Part shown: in pieces, positions 37,502 to 49,194 of the stretch
Layout of the letters: each line of letters begins with the position of its first letter
Position numbering within the stretch: the stretch's first letter is position 1
The notes under the pieces: generated by a model
Seen by the model: only the letters and a program-made list of their open reading frames with translations
Databases searched by the model: none
Told to the model about the DNA's origin: nothing
DNA from: an uncultured Gemmatimonadales bacterium
Lineage (GTDB): Bacteria; Gemmatimonadota; Gemmatimonadetes; Gemmatimonadales; GWC2-71-9
Reading direction: 5' to 3'
Assembly: GCA_963842945.1 (NCBI GenBank)
Contig: CAWJIM010000016.1
Coordinates: forward strand, 194,509-258,508
DNA: 64,000 bases
Position numbers and translations under genes: made by a program

Positions 37502-38273
37502 ACCGCGGCCCCCTCGTCGCGCCGCTGCAGCTCGATGAACACGTCCTCGATCGTCGGCTGCCCGAACTGCGTCGTGCACCTCCTCCACCGTGCCCACGGC
37601 GATCAGCTGGCCGCGCGAGAGGAACGCGAGCCGCTGGCAGCGCTCGGCCTCGTCCATGTAGTGCGTGGTGACGAGGATCGTCGTGCCCTGCTCCGCGAGC
37701 GCGTAGATCCGCTCCCAGAAGAGCCGCCGCGACGCCGGATCGACGCCGGCGGTCGGCTCGTCGAGGAAGAGCATCGCCGGGCGGTGCGCCGTGGCGCAGG
37801 CCAGCGCCAGCCGCTGCTTCCAGCCGCCGCTCAGCGTGCCCGCGAGCTGGCGCGCTGCGCTCGCGAGGCCGAGCTCGTCGAGCAGCTCCGCGATGCGCGC
37901 CCGCCGCGCCGCGCCGTGCAGCCCGTAGATCGACGCGTAGAAGCGCAGGTTCTCGGCGACGGTCAGGTCGTCGTACAGCCCGAACTTCTGCGACATGTAG
38001 CCGATGCGCGCGCCGGATCGCTCCGCGCTCGCGCACGACGTCGAGCCCCACGACCGTGGCCGCGCCTCCGCTGGGCACCATCAGGCCGCAGAGCATGCGG
38101 ATCGTCGTCGTCTTGCCGGAGCCGTTGGGCCCGAGCAGGCCGAACACCTCGCCGCGCTGGATCGTCAGGTCGAGCCCCTCCACCGCCACGAGCGTGCCGA
38201 AGGTCTTCCGGAGCCCGTGCACCACGACGGTGTCGGACGCGGAGGGCGGCGTGCCGGTCGGGATCGTGTTCAC
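37498..38273 (-). CDS. ABC transporter ATP-binding protein (frameshifted)
   Basis: GPNGSGKTT, LSGGWKQRL, FLDEPTAGVD, TTHYMDEAE. Confidence 0.95.
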
Positions 38274-39241
38274 CGGGACGCCGCCCGCTCGAGCTCGACC
38301 GTCGCCGGCAGCCCCGGCCGGAGGAGCCCGGTGGTATCGCTGAGCGCGACCTTCACGCCGAAGACCAGGTCGGCACGCTCCTCCTCGGTCAGCGCGACGC
38401 GCGGCGTGAACTCGGCCTCGGGGCTGATCGCGACCACCTGGCCGGAATCGGCCGGTCCGGGTAGCCGTCCAGCCGCGCGACGGCACGCTGGCCCTGCCGC
38501 ACGCCGGGCAGCTGCCGCGTCGGCACGTACACGCGCACGAACGGCGCCGCGGTCTCACCCAGCGTGAGCACCGACTGGCCGGCGCCCAGCATCTCGCCCG
38601 GCTCGGCGTTCCGGGAGATGACGATGCCGTCGACCGGCGCGATGAGCACGAGATCCTGCGCGACGGCCTGGGCGGCCGCGAGCGCGGCCCGCGCACTCGC
38701 CACCTCGGCCCGCGCCGCCTGGATCCGCTCGGCGCGCGTGCCTTCCTGGAGCAGCCGCAGCGCTTCGCGCGCCGCGTCCCGCCGGCCCACCGCGGTCTCG
38801 GCGTCCGCGCGCGCCGCGTCGAGGCTCTGGCGGCTCACGGTCCCGCTGTCGGCGAGCGGCCGGATGCGCTCGAGATCGCGCGTGGCCCGCACCGCCTCGG
38901 CCTCCGCGGCGCGCAGGTCGGCCTCCGCCCGGTCGATCTCCCGCGGCCGGGCGCCCGCCACCGCCTCGCGGAGCGACGCCTCCGCGGCGCGGACGCCGGC
39001 CTCGGCCTGGGCAATGTCGGCGCGCGTGGTGGACTGCGTCAGCGTCGCCAGCGTATCGCCGGTCCGCACGGCGTGGCCATCGTCGACCAGCACCCGGACG
39101 ACGCGCGCGGGCACCAGCGGCGACACGTCCACCTCGCGCACCTCGATGGTCCCGGTGGCGCGAACCGCCCCGTCACCGGGCCGGCCGCATGCGGCGGACA
39201 GGGCGCAGAGGCCGAGCGAGAAACCAGCGACGGCGGGTCAT
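38270..39241 (-). CDS. HlyD family periplasmic adaptor (frameshifted)
   Basis: GTIEVREVDVS, coiled-coil with GARPREI, LIAPVDGIV, AEFTPR. Confidence 0.9.
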
Positions 39242-39924
39242 GACTTCCTCGATCGGGCGCGGGGAGGACGGCGCGCGGCGGCGCGCGGCCGGCCGGCGGG
39301 TGCGGTCAGCGCGGCCACGGCGAAGTCGGCGGCGTGACGGCCAAAAGCGCGGATGACATCGCCTGATGGGCCGTCGGGACCCTGGCTGGAGCAGGATCCG
39401 CACGGCCGGGCCGCGCCACGAAGAACCAACCCACTTGCGCGATGATGGAAATGGCCGCGAACCGGGGGTCGAGGTCATTGCGGAAGAGGCCGGCGCGCTG
39501 GCCCTCCTCGATCAGGTCACACAGCCGGCGGAAGCCGGTGACGGAGAGGTGCTGGATCTGCTCGACGGCGTGGGCGGCATCGTAGTCGATCATCTCGCGC
39601 ACCAGCAGCCGGGGCGCGTGGGGATGCTCCGCCAGCGTCTGGACCTGGGCCTCGACGAACGCGCGGAGGCGCGCTTCGGGCGCGCCGCCCCCGGCGCTGC
39701 CGCTCATGGTCCGGGCCACCAGCCCGGCAACGAAGCGCTGCAGCACCTCGCGGTAGAGCTGGTCCTTGTCGGCGAAGTAGTAGTAGAGGAGCGCGCTGTT
39801 CACGCCCGGCGGCGCGGCCGATCTGCTTGATCGTGGTGCGCGCGAAGCCCTGGCCGGCGAACAGGCGCTCGGCGGCGTCGAGGATCTGGTCGCGGCGGGA
39901 GGGATCGGGCGGCTCGGTCGGCAT
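39238..39924 (-). CDS. TetR/AcrR family transcriptional regulator (frameshifted)
   Basis: RDQILDAAERLFAGQGFARTTIKQI + VNSALLYYYFADKDQLY HTH. Confidence 0.92.
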
Positions 39925-39928
39925 GATG

Positions 39929-39961
39929 CTTAATTAATCGATCAATTAAGACAGCTGTCAA
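39929..39961 (-). promoter_or_regulatory. Sigma70-type promoter overlapped by a palindromic operator (likely TetR site)
   Basis: Minus strand TTGACA-17bp-ATTAAT ending 8 nt before the TetR ATG; imperfect palindrome cttaatt-aatcgatc-aattaag at 39929-39950. Confidence 0.75.
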
Positions 39962-39972
39962 GCGTCCGCGCC

Positions 39973-40373
39973 TCAACGCTCCGCGGTCGTCGGCCACCGG
40001 GACGCCAGCGAGGCGCACCACGCCACCTCGATCTCCAGCCGCTGGATCTCCCCTCGCGCCTCGGTGAGGCACTCCTGCAGCTCGCGGCCACCGACCGTGT
40101 TCTCGAGCGCCGCCACGACCTCGCGCAGCCCGGCGAGCTCGTAGCGAAGGAGCTGCTCATACCGCTGGGCGGCGTCCGCCCGAACGGGCGCGAGCCGGCG
40201 CAGATCGGCCTTGCGATCGAGGGTGTGCTCGATGGAGTGGCGGGCCGCATAATCCTCCGCGGCCAGGCGGGGGCGCCGCCGCTCGACGGCCGGCGCGAGG
40301 AAGGCGGCAGCCGCCGCCGATGATGGGCGCGCAACTGGTGCAGTGTGCGCGCGATCTGCTCGAGGATGGCCAC
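39973..40373 (-). CDS. Hypothetical protein (frameshifted)
   Basis: MAILEQIARTLHQL then helical YEQLLRYELAGLREVVAALENT..EIQRLEIEVAWCASL in another frame. Confidence 0.5.
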
Positions 40374-40386
40374 GGGCGCGCCCCGC

Positions 40387-40593
40387 TCAGTCCCTGCCCT
40401 GCCAGAACGCGCGGAGATACAGGCTCGTGGCGAGCAGCATGAGGCCCGCCAGCATGGACCCCGGCCCGCCGTAGTTCTCGTACGTGAAGCCGAGCGGCCC
40501 GGTCGGACCGGGTGCCGCGCGCACGATGGTGAGCACGCCGAGCACGATGCCGGCGAGTCCGATCAGGGCCAGCAGGGCGAACAGATTCCGCAT
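40387..40593 (-). CDS. Small two-TM membrane protein
   Basis: 68 aa ORF with two hydrophobic helices. Confidence 0.65.
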   Translation of the reverse strand: MRNLFALLALIGLAGIVLGVLTIVRAAPGPTGPLGFTYENYGGPGSMLAGLMLLATSLYLRAFWQGRD

Positions 40594-40694
40594 CGAAGCC
40601 TCGTCACGATGGAAGGAGGGCGCTCCGCCACGTGCGGATCAGCATGGATGAAATCGTGGTCGGGGCCGCTCGGCAAGGTCCCCACCCGCCGAGG

Positions 40695-41437
40695 TCAGTC
40701 GCCTCCGGCCTCGGCGATCGCCTGCGCCGCGCCCGCCTCGAGCGCGGTCACGTAGCCGGGCGGCAGCGACGAGCCGCCCGCCCGGGCCGTCAGGCCGATG
40801 GGCGAGACTCCGGCGGCCCGGGCGTAGATCACCAGCGCCACCCCGTAGGTGCCGGCCACGGACGGATGGAAGCCGTCCGCCTCGAACAGGGGAATCGAGG
40901 GCGCGTCGGCCCGCACGGCGCGGAGGGCCTCGCCGGCCGGCAACAGCAGCCCGTCCACCGCCTCCGCCGCCGCCGCGTAGGACGCGCTCACGGCACTCCA
41001 CTCCGCCTCCCGGTCCAGCTCCGGCCACACCATGTACATCGCCGGGCGGCCGCCGACCTTCCGGATCTCGCCGGCGAATCGCGTGGCGTACTCGATCAGG
41101 TTGACGCGGCTCTCGGGAAGCGCGGAAGGGCCCCTGCTGCAGCACCACGAGATCCCACTGCGCGCTCGCGATGGCCTGCTGGGCGTCGCCCCGGTTCCAA
41201 TGGTCCTCGAGGCTGTAGCCGCCGACGGCCACGGACGAGACCACGACGGCCCGGCTCGGGATCGCTCTGACCCAGGCGCTGCACGGTGGCCGGGAGATCG
41301 TTCGCGTACGTGAGGCTGTTCCCGATGAAGAGAATCCGGAGGGTGGGATCGGTGTCCGGCGCCACGCTGGTGGAGCCGCAGCTCGCGACCGCGGCCCCGG
41401 CGATCAGAGCGACCAGGGCGAGCCGGACAAGACGCAA
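40695..41437 (-). CDS. SGNH/GDSL-like lipoprotein (frameshifted)
   Basis: Lipobox VASC, ILFIGNSLTYANDLP, WDLVVLQQG, DGFHPSVAGTY. Confidence 0.82.
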
Positions 41438-41460
41438 CGAAGCGACGGCGATGCGGTCGA

Positions 41461-41875
41461 TCAGAAGTCCGGCCTTGTCAGGGGATACGCTCGCCCTACG
41501 CCCCTCGCGCGCGGACCGGTTTCGGGCGGCGTCCGGTGAAACAGCGGGGCGAACACGGCACCCGCCACCGCGCCCGCCAGCAGCGGGACCACGTTGAGCA
41601 GGCAGATCACGGTGGCGCCCAGGCCGGCCAGCAGTCCCCAGGGGAACCAGTCGGCGAGGTAGGTCACCCCCGCCGCCGCGAGCGCGCCGGTGAGGATCGC
41701 CGGAACGAACACCGCCGCGACCGCCCGACCGACCGTGCCCGCCTTGACGCCGCCCACCACACCCGCGATGAGCGGCCCCACGACGGGGAGCCAGAACAGG
41801 ACGCAGCGTCAGGCCACCCATCCAGTTGACCGCGGCCGCGAAGCTGCCGGGCGGGCGCGGGCGATCGACAGCCAT
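41461..41875 (-). CDS. Hypothetical membrane protein
   Basis: Gly-rich TM segments GPLIAGVVGG, PLLAGAVAGA. Confidence 0.6.
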
Positions 41876-41877
41876 GA

Positions 41878-42455
41878 TCAGCGGTTGTAGATGAGACCGC
41901 CGCGGTCGCGGTAGAGGCGCAGCACCGCGGCGGCCTCCGCGCGTCCGATCTCGCGATCGATCCGGATCCCGCGCTGCTCGAGGTAGGCGTAGACTCGGGG
42001 AAGACCGGCCCTTCGTCGAACGCGAGCGCGGTGGCGTCGGCCCGGCTCGCGGCGCAGACCAGCCGTCCGACGCCGCTCCAGAGCGTGGCACCGAGGCACA
42101 TGGCGCAGGGCTCGCAGGAGCTCACCAGCTCGCGGGCCGGCGCGCCGGGCCCGCCCAGCGTGAACGAGCCGACCCGTTGCTGGGCGAACATGATCGCCAC
42201 GACCTCCGCGTGGAGCGCCGCGTTGCCCAGCCGCTCCACGCAGTTCACGCCCACGCCCACCAGCGCGCCCGAGACCGACTCGAACACCGCGGCGCCGAAC
42301 GGGCCGCCCGTGCGGCGCTCGACGTTCTCCCGGGAGAGCGCGATGGCGAGCCCGACCCGCTCGGCATCGCCGGCATAGCGGCGTTCCCAGTCCACCACCT
42401 CGTCCACCCAGGCGGGGAGCGAGATGGTGAGGTCGCGGGGGCCGGCGCCGGTCAC
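41878..42455 (-). CDS. Nucleoside/nucleobase deaminase (CDA superfamily)
   Basis: GGPFGAAVF, HAEVVA, SCEPCAMCLGA zinc motifs. Confidence 0.9.
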
Positions 42456-42721
42456 GCGGGTGCGTCGGCTCCGTACTCGGCGATGAACTGCACGGCCGTG
42501 TGCACCCCGCCCTCCGGCGACGCCGCCACCTGAAAGGCCCGCACCAGCAGCGCGGAGAGCGCCGCCGCCTGCGCCTGGTCGAGTCGCGGCGCGTCGGGCA
42601 CGCGCCCGGGCAGGTCCTGCAGGACGCCCGTCAGCTTGTGCGTCAGGTGCTCTGCCGTGACGCTGTTCCACATCGCCATGAATTCGCGGGTGTTCGACGG
42701 GTGGTCGACCTGCTCGTCCAT
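42452..42721 (-). CDS. Hypothetical protein
   Basis: MDEQVDHPSNTREFMAMWNSV with GAGGAGG RBS; stop overlaps next start. Confidence 0.6.
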   Translation of the reverse strand: MDEQVDHPSNTREFMAMWNSVTAEHLTHKLTGVLQDLPGRVPDAPRLDQAQAAALSALLVRAFQVAASPEGGVHTAVQFIAEYGADAPA

Positions 42722-42910
42722 GAGATCCTCCTCGGGGCGGGATGGGACAGGCACCGGAAGCTACGGCCGGAAATTACAGGCCGGAAGCACCCGCGCCAGC
42801 GGCGGCGCTCGTGGAGGACGGCCGTGGAGCATGGATTTTGCCCCTTCCAGCGATGACCCCACGTCAATCCTTGCAGTCTCGAGCTAGGCTCCATCGGCAT
42901 GGAGACTTCC

Positions 42911-43923
42911 ATGAACTACCGGCGGGCGCTGCTGGCGCTTCTCCTTGCAGGCTGCGGTGCCTCCGGGCCGGGCTCCGACCCTGCCGGGCCGGGAGGCCCT
43001 CGGGTCCGCCGCCGGCCTCGCCGCCCGCGCCCCCGGTGCCGGGCGCCGCGGCCAGTATTGGCGGGTGCCAGATCTTCCCCAACGACAACGCGTGGAATCG
43101 CGACGTCAGCGCCGACCCGGTGGCCGCGAACTCGGCCGCGCTCCTGGGCGCGATGTCGCCGGGCAACGCCGTGCATCTGGATCTGGGAACCACCGAGGAG
43201 TACTACGGCATTCCCTACACGGTCGTGCCCGCCGACCAGCCCCTGGTGACGATCGAGTACGGCACCGACGGCGCGGACTACGGCGACGAGAGCGATCCGG
43301 GCCCGATGCCGATACCGCCGAACGCGCCGATCGAGGGCGGCAGCACCGCCGATCCGAATCCCGGCGCGGGCGACCGGCACGTGCTCGTCGTCCGCCAGGG
43401 CGAATGCGTGCTCTACGAGCTCTACAACGCCGTCCGCACCGCCGGCGGCTTCCGGGTGAGCTCCTCGGCGCGGTGGGATCTGACGGTGAACGCGACGCGC
43501 CCGGCGGGGTGGACCTCGGCGGACGCGGCCGGCCTCCCGATCCTGCCGGGACTGCTGCGCTACGACGAGGTGGCCGCCGGCGCGATCAGGCACGCGCTCC
43601 GATTCACCGTCCCGCACGTGCGGCGCGCCTACGTGGCGCCGGCGAGCCACTGCGGCCAGTACGCCGACGCCACCCTGCCCCCATACGGCACGCGGGCGCG
43701 GCTCAAGGCCGACTTCTCCCTCGCGCCGTATACCGGCGACGCGCTGGTGCTGCTGACCGCGCTCAAGACCTACGGCCTGATGCTCGCCGACCAGGGCAGC
43801 GCATGGTACGTGACGGGGACGTCGGACCCGCGCTGGGAGGACGCGCTGGATCAGCTCCGGGCCCATCCGGTGCGCGGCAGCGACTTCGAGCTGCTCGCGA
43901 GCGGGGCGATGACGACCTGCTGA
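42911..43923 (+). CDS. Conserved-looking hypothetical lipoprotein
   Basis: Lipobox LLAGC; FPNDNAWNRDVS, ESDPGPMPIP, GDRHVLVV, WTSADAAGLPILPGLLRYDEV, ALKTYGLMLADQGS. Confidence 0.75.
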
Positions 43924-43950
43924 GCCGCAGCCTCGCCACGCCGATCGCGC

Positions 43951-44467
43951 TCAATCCTTCCTCGCGCTCCCGAGCTCGTGCCGGCTTGACCGCCCCGACG
44001 CCCTCGCCGTTCCCCGTGACCACCCGGCGGTGAGCGTCCACCTGGCCGAGGTGATAGGCGAGGTGCACGGCGGTGTGCACCAGGAAATCCCCGGTCCGGA
44101 TCCGGCATCCCGCCGATGAGCTCCGGGATACTCCGCGTCGAGCTCCTCCGCGGCCGACGGCGCCGAGCCCGGCCGCCACCGCCGCCCGGGCCCGCTCGAT
44201 CTCCGCGATCAGCTCGGCGCGCGGCACGTCGCGCCGCGCGAACTCCGCGTCCCGGTTGCGCACGTACCCCGTCCCGCCCCAGCGCGCGCCGACGTAGTGC
44301 TGGAGGTTCCCCGCGAGATGCAGCGCGAGCGTGCCCGCCGTGTTGGGCAGCCCCGGGACCGGCTGCCAGATCTGCCGTTCGTCGGGATAGGCCTCGAGCT
44401 CGCGCCGGAGGGTGCGGAGATCGCGATCGAGCATGGCCGCCAGGTCGGCGGCGAGCGCAGCGGGCAT
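43951..44467 (-). CDS. DinB / DUF1572 superfamily protein
   Basis: NTAGTLALHLAGNLQHYVG, YVRNRDAEF, HLAYHLGQV. Confidence 0.88.
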
Positions 44468-44472
44468 GGTTC

Positions 44473-45127
44473 CTCAGGCGGTCGAGGCAAGGAGCCGGCG
44501 AAGTCCGGTCAGCAGCAGTGCCAGGCCGACGAGCTGCACGAGATGGAATACGCCGTTGTGATCGAAGTCCCACACGAGGCGGACGGGTCCCACGTCGCGA
44601 GGCCTGCACGGCGCCGGCGGCGAGGCTCACCGCCAGCGCAGCCGCCATCGATGCGGCGCCGGCGCGCGCGGGCCCGTCGCCAGCCGTAGGTAGACTCCGA
44701 GTGAGAAGAGCAGCGCGGCCGCCTCGTACACGACGAAGGCGAGGAAGCTGCCGCCGGTGAGCCGGGTGATGCCGTAGAACACGACGGCGAGCGCGAGCAT
44801 CGGCAGCAGCACACGGCGGCCGGCCGCCTCTCCGCGCCAGTCGCGCACGGCACCGACCACGAAGAGCGCCATGGTGACGCCGAGGGCGAGGTACAGCGGC
44901 TGCCAGAGCAGCTCGCGCGTGGCGGGCCGGCAGCTCGAGCCCGTGGGCCACCGCGCCGAGCACCGAGGCCAGACGCGAGCGCCGCGAGGGCGGCCTGCCA
45001 TACCGCGCGCCCGAACGAGGGCGGCGTGGTCCGGCGCAAGCACCAGGATGGCGGCGGCGGCCGCGAGGGCCAGCACCGCGTCCGTCGCCGCGGTGGTGCG
45101 CTCGGTGGCCACGCCCACCAGCTCCAT
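44473..45127 (-). CDS. Multi-pass membrane protein (DUF6962-like)
   Basis: TTAATDAVLA, LGAVAHG, FDHNGVFHLVQ motifs across frames. Confidence 0.7.
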
Positions 45128-45131
45128 CCGC

Positions 45132-45617
45132 TCAGCCCTGCTCGATCTCGATGTTGGCGAGCTCGCGGTCGGTGGCGCCCTGCCGGAGCCTGCGGAAGGC
45201 GCCTTCGAGCAGCTCGACACCCAGCAGGATGCCGAGCGTGGCGAGGGTGAGCACCATGGTCGCCCGCAGGTGGCCGAGCCCGATCATCGCGCCGAGCGCG
45301 GCGAGGATCCAGATGACGGCGGCGGAGGTGACGCCGGTGACCAGCCCCTTCCGCGCCAGGATGACGCCGCCGCCGAGGAAGCCGATGCCGCTCACCACCT
45401 GCGCCAGCACCCGCGTGGGATCGGCCGTGCCGGGCGCGAGCGACGCCCCGAGCGCCACGAAGATCGCGGTGCCGAGGCAGATCAGGATGCTCGTCCGGAT
45501 GCCGGCCGCCTTGCCGCGGAGCTGCCGCTCGATGCCGATGATTCCGCCGCACAGGATCGCCGTGCCCAGGTGCTGCCAGAACTCGCGCGTCTCGGGATCC
45601 AGCGCCGGCACGGTCAT
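45132..45617 (-). CDS. MgtC/SapB family protein
   Basis: GGIIGIERQ..KAAGIRT, DPTRVLAQVVSGIGFLGGGVI, GVTSAAVIW. Confidence 0.93.
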   Translation of the reverse strand: MTVPALDPETREFWQHLGTAILCGGIIGIERQLRGKAAGIRTSILICLGTAIFVALGASLAPGTADPTRVLAQVVSGIGFLGGGVILARKGLVTGVTSAAVIWILAALGAMIGLGHLRATMVLTLATLGILLGVELLEGAFRRLRQGATDRELANIEIEQG

Positions 45618-45640
45618 GAGCACCGCTCCTTGCGAGAGCA

Positions 45641-46326
45641 TCAGCTGGCGGCCAGCGTCGGGCGACGCCTGAGCGCGCGCTCGTAGCTGTGGGCGACCTC
45701 GGCGGCGTTCGACGCGGTGAACGCCAGGTCGCGCAGCAGGCCGTCCTCGAGGCTGTAGACCCACGCGTGCACGGTGACGGTCCGCCCGCGCCGCCACGCG
45801 TCCTGCATGATCGTCGTGCGGCACACGTGCACCGCCTGCTCGACCACGTTGAGCTCGCACAGGCGGTCGGTGAGCGCGGTCCGTCGCCCAGCGCCTGCAG
45901 CTCGCCCGTATGCCGGGCCGCGACGTCCTGCACGTGCCGGAGCCAGTTGTCGATCAGGCCGAGCGGCCGGGCGTTCCACGCGGCCCGGACGCCGCCGCAG
46001 CCGTAGTGGCCGCAGACGATGACGTGCTCCACCTCCAGCACGTCGACCGCGTACTGCAGCACCGAGAGGCAGTTGAGGTCGGTGTGCACGACGACGTTGG
46101 CCACGTTGCGGTGGACGAACATCTCGCCCGGCGCGAGCCCGACGATCTCGTTGGCCGGCACGCGGCTGTCGGAGCAGCCGATCCAGAGGTACCGGGGCGT
46201 CTGCTGGTGCGTGAGCTTCCGGAAGAAGTCCGGCTCGTCGCGGACCATCGCCTCGGCCCAGGCGCGGTTGCGCTCGAACAGGTCGGGGAGCTCGCGGTCG
46301 GCGGGCGGCGGCGAAGATGCAGGCAT
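45641..46326 (-). CDS. can: Beta-class carbonic anhydrase (one frameshift)
   Basis: YLWIGCSDSRVP, FVHRNVAN, VCGHYGCGGV, LCELNVVEQ. Confidence 0.96.
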
Positions 46327-46390
46327 GCCACAGAGTACAGCCGTGCCGGCCGGCAGACCAGACCGGCGGGCGCTCAGCTCCGACCGCCCG

Positions 46391-46675
46391 CTACGCGCCG
46401 CCGCCCGCGCGCGCGATTCCGCCGAGCCGCGCGAGCAGCGGCAGCTCGCGATCGGGCAGCCACTGGGCCACCCACCGCACGGTGCGGCCGGCCCACTCGC
46501 GGTCGAACGGGGCGCCGGCGGCCACTTCGGCCCGCCGCGCGACGAGCTCGTCGAGCAGGCGCTCGAGCTCGCGGCCGGCGGACGCGCCCTTCGCCGTGCG
46601 CAGCCCCTCGGCCTCGAGCCGCCGCACGGCCGCGATCGTCTGGTCGAACGCCTCGAGCAGGCTCGGCGCGGTCAC
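46391..46675 (-). CDS. Hypothetical protein
   Basis: 94 aa helical ORF tightly packed in the minus-strand run. Confidence 0.55.
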   Translation of the reverse strand: MTAPSLLEAFDQTIAAVRRLEAEGLRTAKGASAGRELERLLDELVARRAEVAAGAPFDREWAGRTVRWVAQWLPDRELPLLARLGGIARAGGGA

Positions 46676-46678
46676 CGC

Positions 46679-47131
46679 TCAGAGCCCCAGCTCGTACCGG
46701 AGGAACTGCTCGTCCTGCCGCCAGCCCAGCGACTCGTACAGCCGCTGGGCCGGCGCATTGGTGCGCGCGGTCACCAGCTCGAGTCCGGCGGCGCCGGTTT
46801 CCTCGCCCAGGCGGCGCGCCCGGTCCATGAGCGCGCGCGCCACCCCGCCGCCGCGGGCCGACGGCGAGACGAACAGGTCGTTCAGCAGCCAGAGCCGCCG
46901 CGGCCGCGCGGCCGTGGAGGAGAACAGCGGATACAGCTGCACGAACCCGACGGCCTGGCCATCGCGCTCGGCCAGGAAGATCACCGACTCCGAGCGCGCC
47001 ATGCGCTCGGCGATGAACGCGCGGGCGAGCGCGGGATCGGACGGCTGCTGGTAGAACTGCCGGTAGGCGTCGAACAGCGGCGCCACCGCGTCGACGTCGG
47101 CGGGGCCGGCCTGCCGCACGATGTCAGCCAC
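46679..47131 (-). CDS. GNAT family N-acetyltransferase
   Basis: LFDAYRQFY, GFVQLYPLFSS, LNDLFVSPSARGGGVARAL, NAPAQRLYESLGW. Confidence 0.92.
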   Translation of the reverse strand: MADIVRQAGPADVDAVAPLFDAYRQFYQQPSDPALARAFIAERMARSESVIFLAERDGQAVGFVQLYPLFSSTAARPRRLWLLNDLFVSPSARGGGVARALMDRARRLGEETGAAGLELVTARTNAPAQRLYESLGWRQDEQFLRYELGL

Positions 47132-47642
47132 GCGAGCGCCCCCGATCCAGCGTCGCCCGCTCCTGCCACAGCCGCTTGAGCAGCTGGATCTGTCCGGTGT
47201 GATACGCGTCGTGGGCGGCGATGCCCAGCACGATTTCGCCGTAGGTCCACCGCTTCCCGCCGGGCGGGACCGCGCCGAGCCGCCGGGCCGGGAAGGCCCG
47301 CACGGCCTCCACGAGGCGGTCGTGCTCGGTGCGGAGCAGCGCGACGTCGCTCGCCCAGGCGCGCTCGTCGGCTGGATCGGGCAGGCGGGGAAAGTTGGCG
47401 GGGCTCCGCGGGAACCGGGGCTGCTCGCCCGGCACCAGGTGCCGGCGCACCGCGTACTTCCAGTAGGCGATGTGGAGCGCGAGCTCCCAGACGCTCTTCC
47501 GCCGGGGCGTCGGCCGCCACGCGGCCTGCTCGGCGTCGACGCCGCGGAGCGCGCCGACCGGACTCGGCCCGCCGTGCCAGTTCTTCCGGCCGGGCGCGGG
47601 CTGGAGGTTCCAGAGCAACAGGTCCATCGGCGGTGATGCCAT
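47124..47642 (-). CDS. DinB family protein
   Basis: WHGGPS, SVWELALHIAYW, GIAAHDAYHTGQI. Confidence 0.9.
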   Translation of the reverse strand: MASPPMDLLLWNLQPAPGRKNWHGGPSPVGALRGVDAEQAAWRPTPRRKSVWELALHIAYWKYAVRRHLVPGEQPRFPRSPANFPRLPDPADERAWASDVALLRTEHDRLVEAVRAFPARRLGAVPPGGKRWTYGEIVLGIAAHDAYHTGQIQLLKRLWQERATLDRGRSRG

Positions 47643-47670
47643 CGTCGGTCCTCGTCGGGTATCGTGCCGC

Positions 47671-48190
47671 TCAGTCGAGCGGCCGGGCGAGCACAAGGTC
47701 GCGCTGGTGGTCGGTGCCCAGCACGAACGTCTGGGTGCCCACGTCCGCGAAGCCGCTCTTGCGGTAGAAGGCGATCGCGCGCTCGTTCCGCTCCCAGACG
47801 CCGAGCCAGAGGGTGCGCGCACCGGCCGCCGCGCGCGGTCTCGACGGCCGCGGCCATCAGCGTCTGCGCGACGCCCTGGCCATGCCACGGCCGGTCGACG
47901 TAGAAGCGAACCACCTCCAGCGGCGCGGGGCCGGTCACCGGCGGCGGCGGCTCGCTCCGCGCGAGCTGCGCGTATCCGGCGGCCCGGCCGTCCACCTCCG
48001 CCACGAGCGTGCTCATCCGCGGGTCGCGCAGCTCCGCCTCCTGACGCGCGGGGCCGAAGTGCTCGCTCACGTACCGCTCCATGTTCTCCGGCGTGTTCTC
48101 GGCGGAGTACGTCTCGCGAAAGGTGCGCTCGGCGAGCGCCGCCAGCCAGGCCGCATCGGCCGGCCCGGCGGGCCGGACCACGACGCTCAC
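47671..48190 (-). CDS. GNAT family N-acetyltransferase, PaiA-like (frameshifted)
   Basis: TFRETY, RFYVDRPWHGQGVAQ, LWLGVWERNERAIAFYRKSGF. Confidence 0.9.
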
Positions 48191-48286
48191 CCGGCGCTTC
48201 CGGCACGCGTAGACGATCCGGCGCGTGCCGCACGACGTCGATGCGATGCGGCAGAGGCCGTCCGGATTCCGGCCGCCGCGCGGCGG

Positions 48287-49194
48287 TCAGCGGAGTGGGA
48301 CGACGGCGCCCAGCCCCGCGTAGACGTACCGGGCGCCGAAGGTGCGCGCGAGCGCGTCGAAGGCCGGCTCGCCGGTGCAATGGCCCGGCGCGATCAGGTC
48401 GAGCCGCCAGGCGTCGCGGAGCTCGGTCGCGATGCGCGCGATCGCGGTGTCCGGCGTGGTCACGAGGTGCAGGCCGCCGAAGATCTCGTGCACGTGATCG
48501 CCGTACGGCCGGGTGGCCTCGAGGATGGTCTCGATCCCCGGATGCGAGCAGCCCACGAAGACCACCAGCCCCTCGGGCGTCCGCAGCACCAGCGAGAGCT
48601 CGCGCAGCTCCAGCGTGCCCGGCGTCCGCGAGACCGTGGAGACCAGCGCCACGCCGGGCGCGATCTCGGTGAGGGTGTCGACGTGCACGAAGTGCGCGCC
48701 CGGCCACACGGTCGAGCTCGACAGCTCCGCCGGCACCACGCCGCCGAAGTACCGCATCCGGGCGGGGAGCGCCGTGTCGGGCCGGATGATCGTGGTCGGG
48801 ATCGTCGCCGCCGAAGATCCCGAACCGCTCGTTCGGCGCGTAGATCGTCACCGCCGGGTTGACGCGGAGGAGATGGGCGAGCCCGCCCGTGTGGTCGGCG
48901 TGCCGGTGGGAGATGACGGCGAAGTCGAGCCGCCGCAGGTCGACGCCGAGCCGGCGCACGTTCCGGGCGAAGACCTCGCCGTCGTTTCCGGCGTCGAAGA
49001 GGATTCGGCGGCCGCCGTACTCGATGAGCGCGGAGAACCCCCAGTCGCGCTCGAGGCCTGGCCGGTCGCCGAAGGCGTCGTACAGGATCGTCACCCGGCC
49101 GGCCGGCGGCGGCGGGTCCATCGCTGCCGCAGCGACGGAGGCCGCGCCGAGGGTCGAGGGCCACGGCGAGCCCGACGGCGGAATGTCGCATCAC
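48287..49194 (-). CDS. MBL-fold metallo-hydrolase with signal peptide (frameshifted)
   Basis: WGFSALIE, ILFDAG, ISHRHADHTGGL, GCSHPG, GGLHL, PGHCTG. Confidence 0.92.

Noticed and set aside
46679..48190. Tandem double-GNAT protein (503 aa ORF)
   Set aside because: Two separate GNATs flank a DinB gene in another frame; read-through comes from an indel
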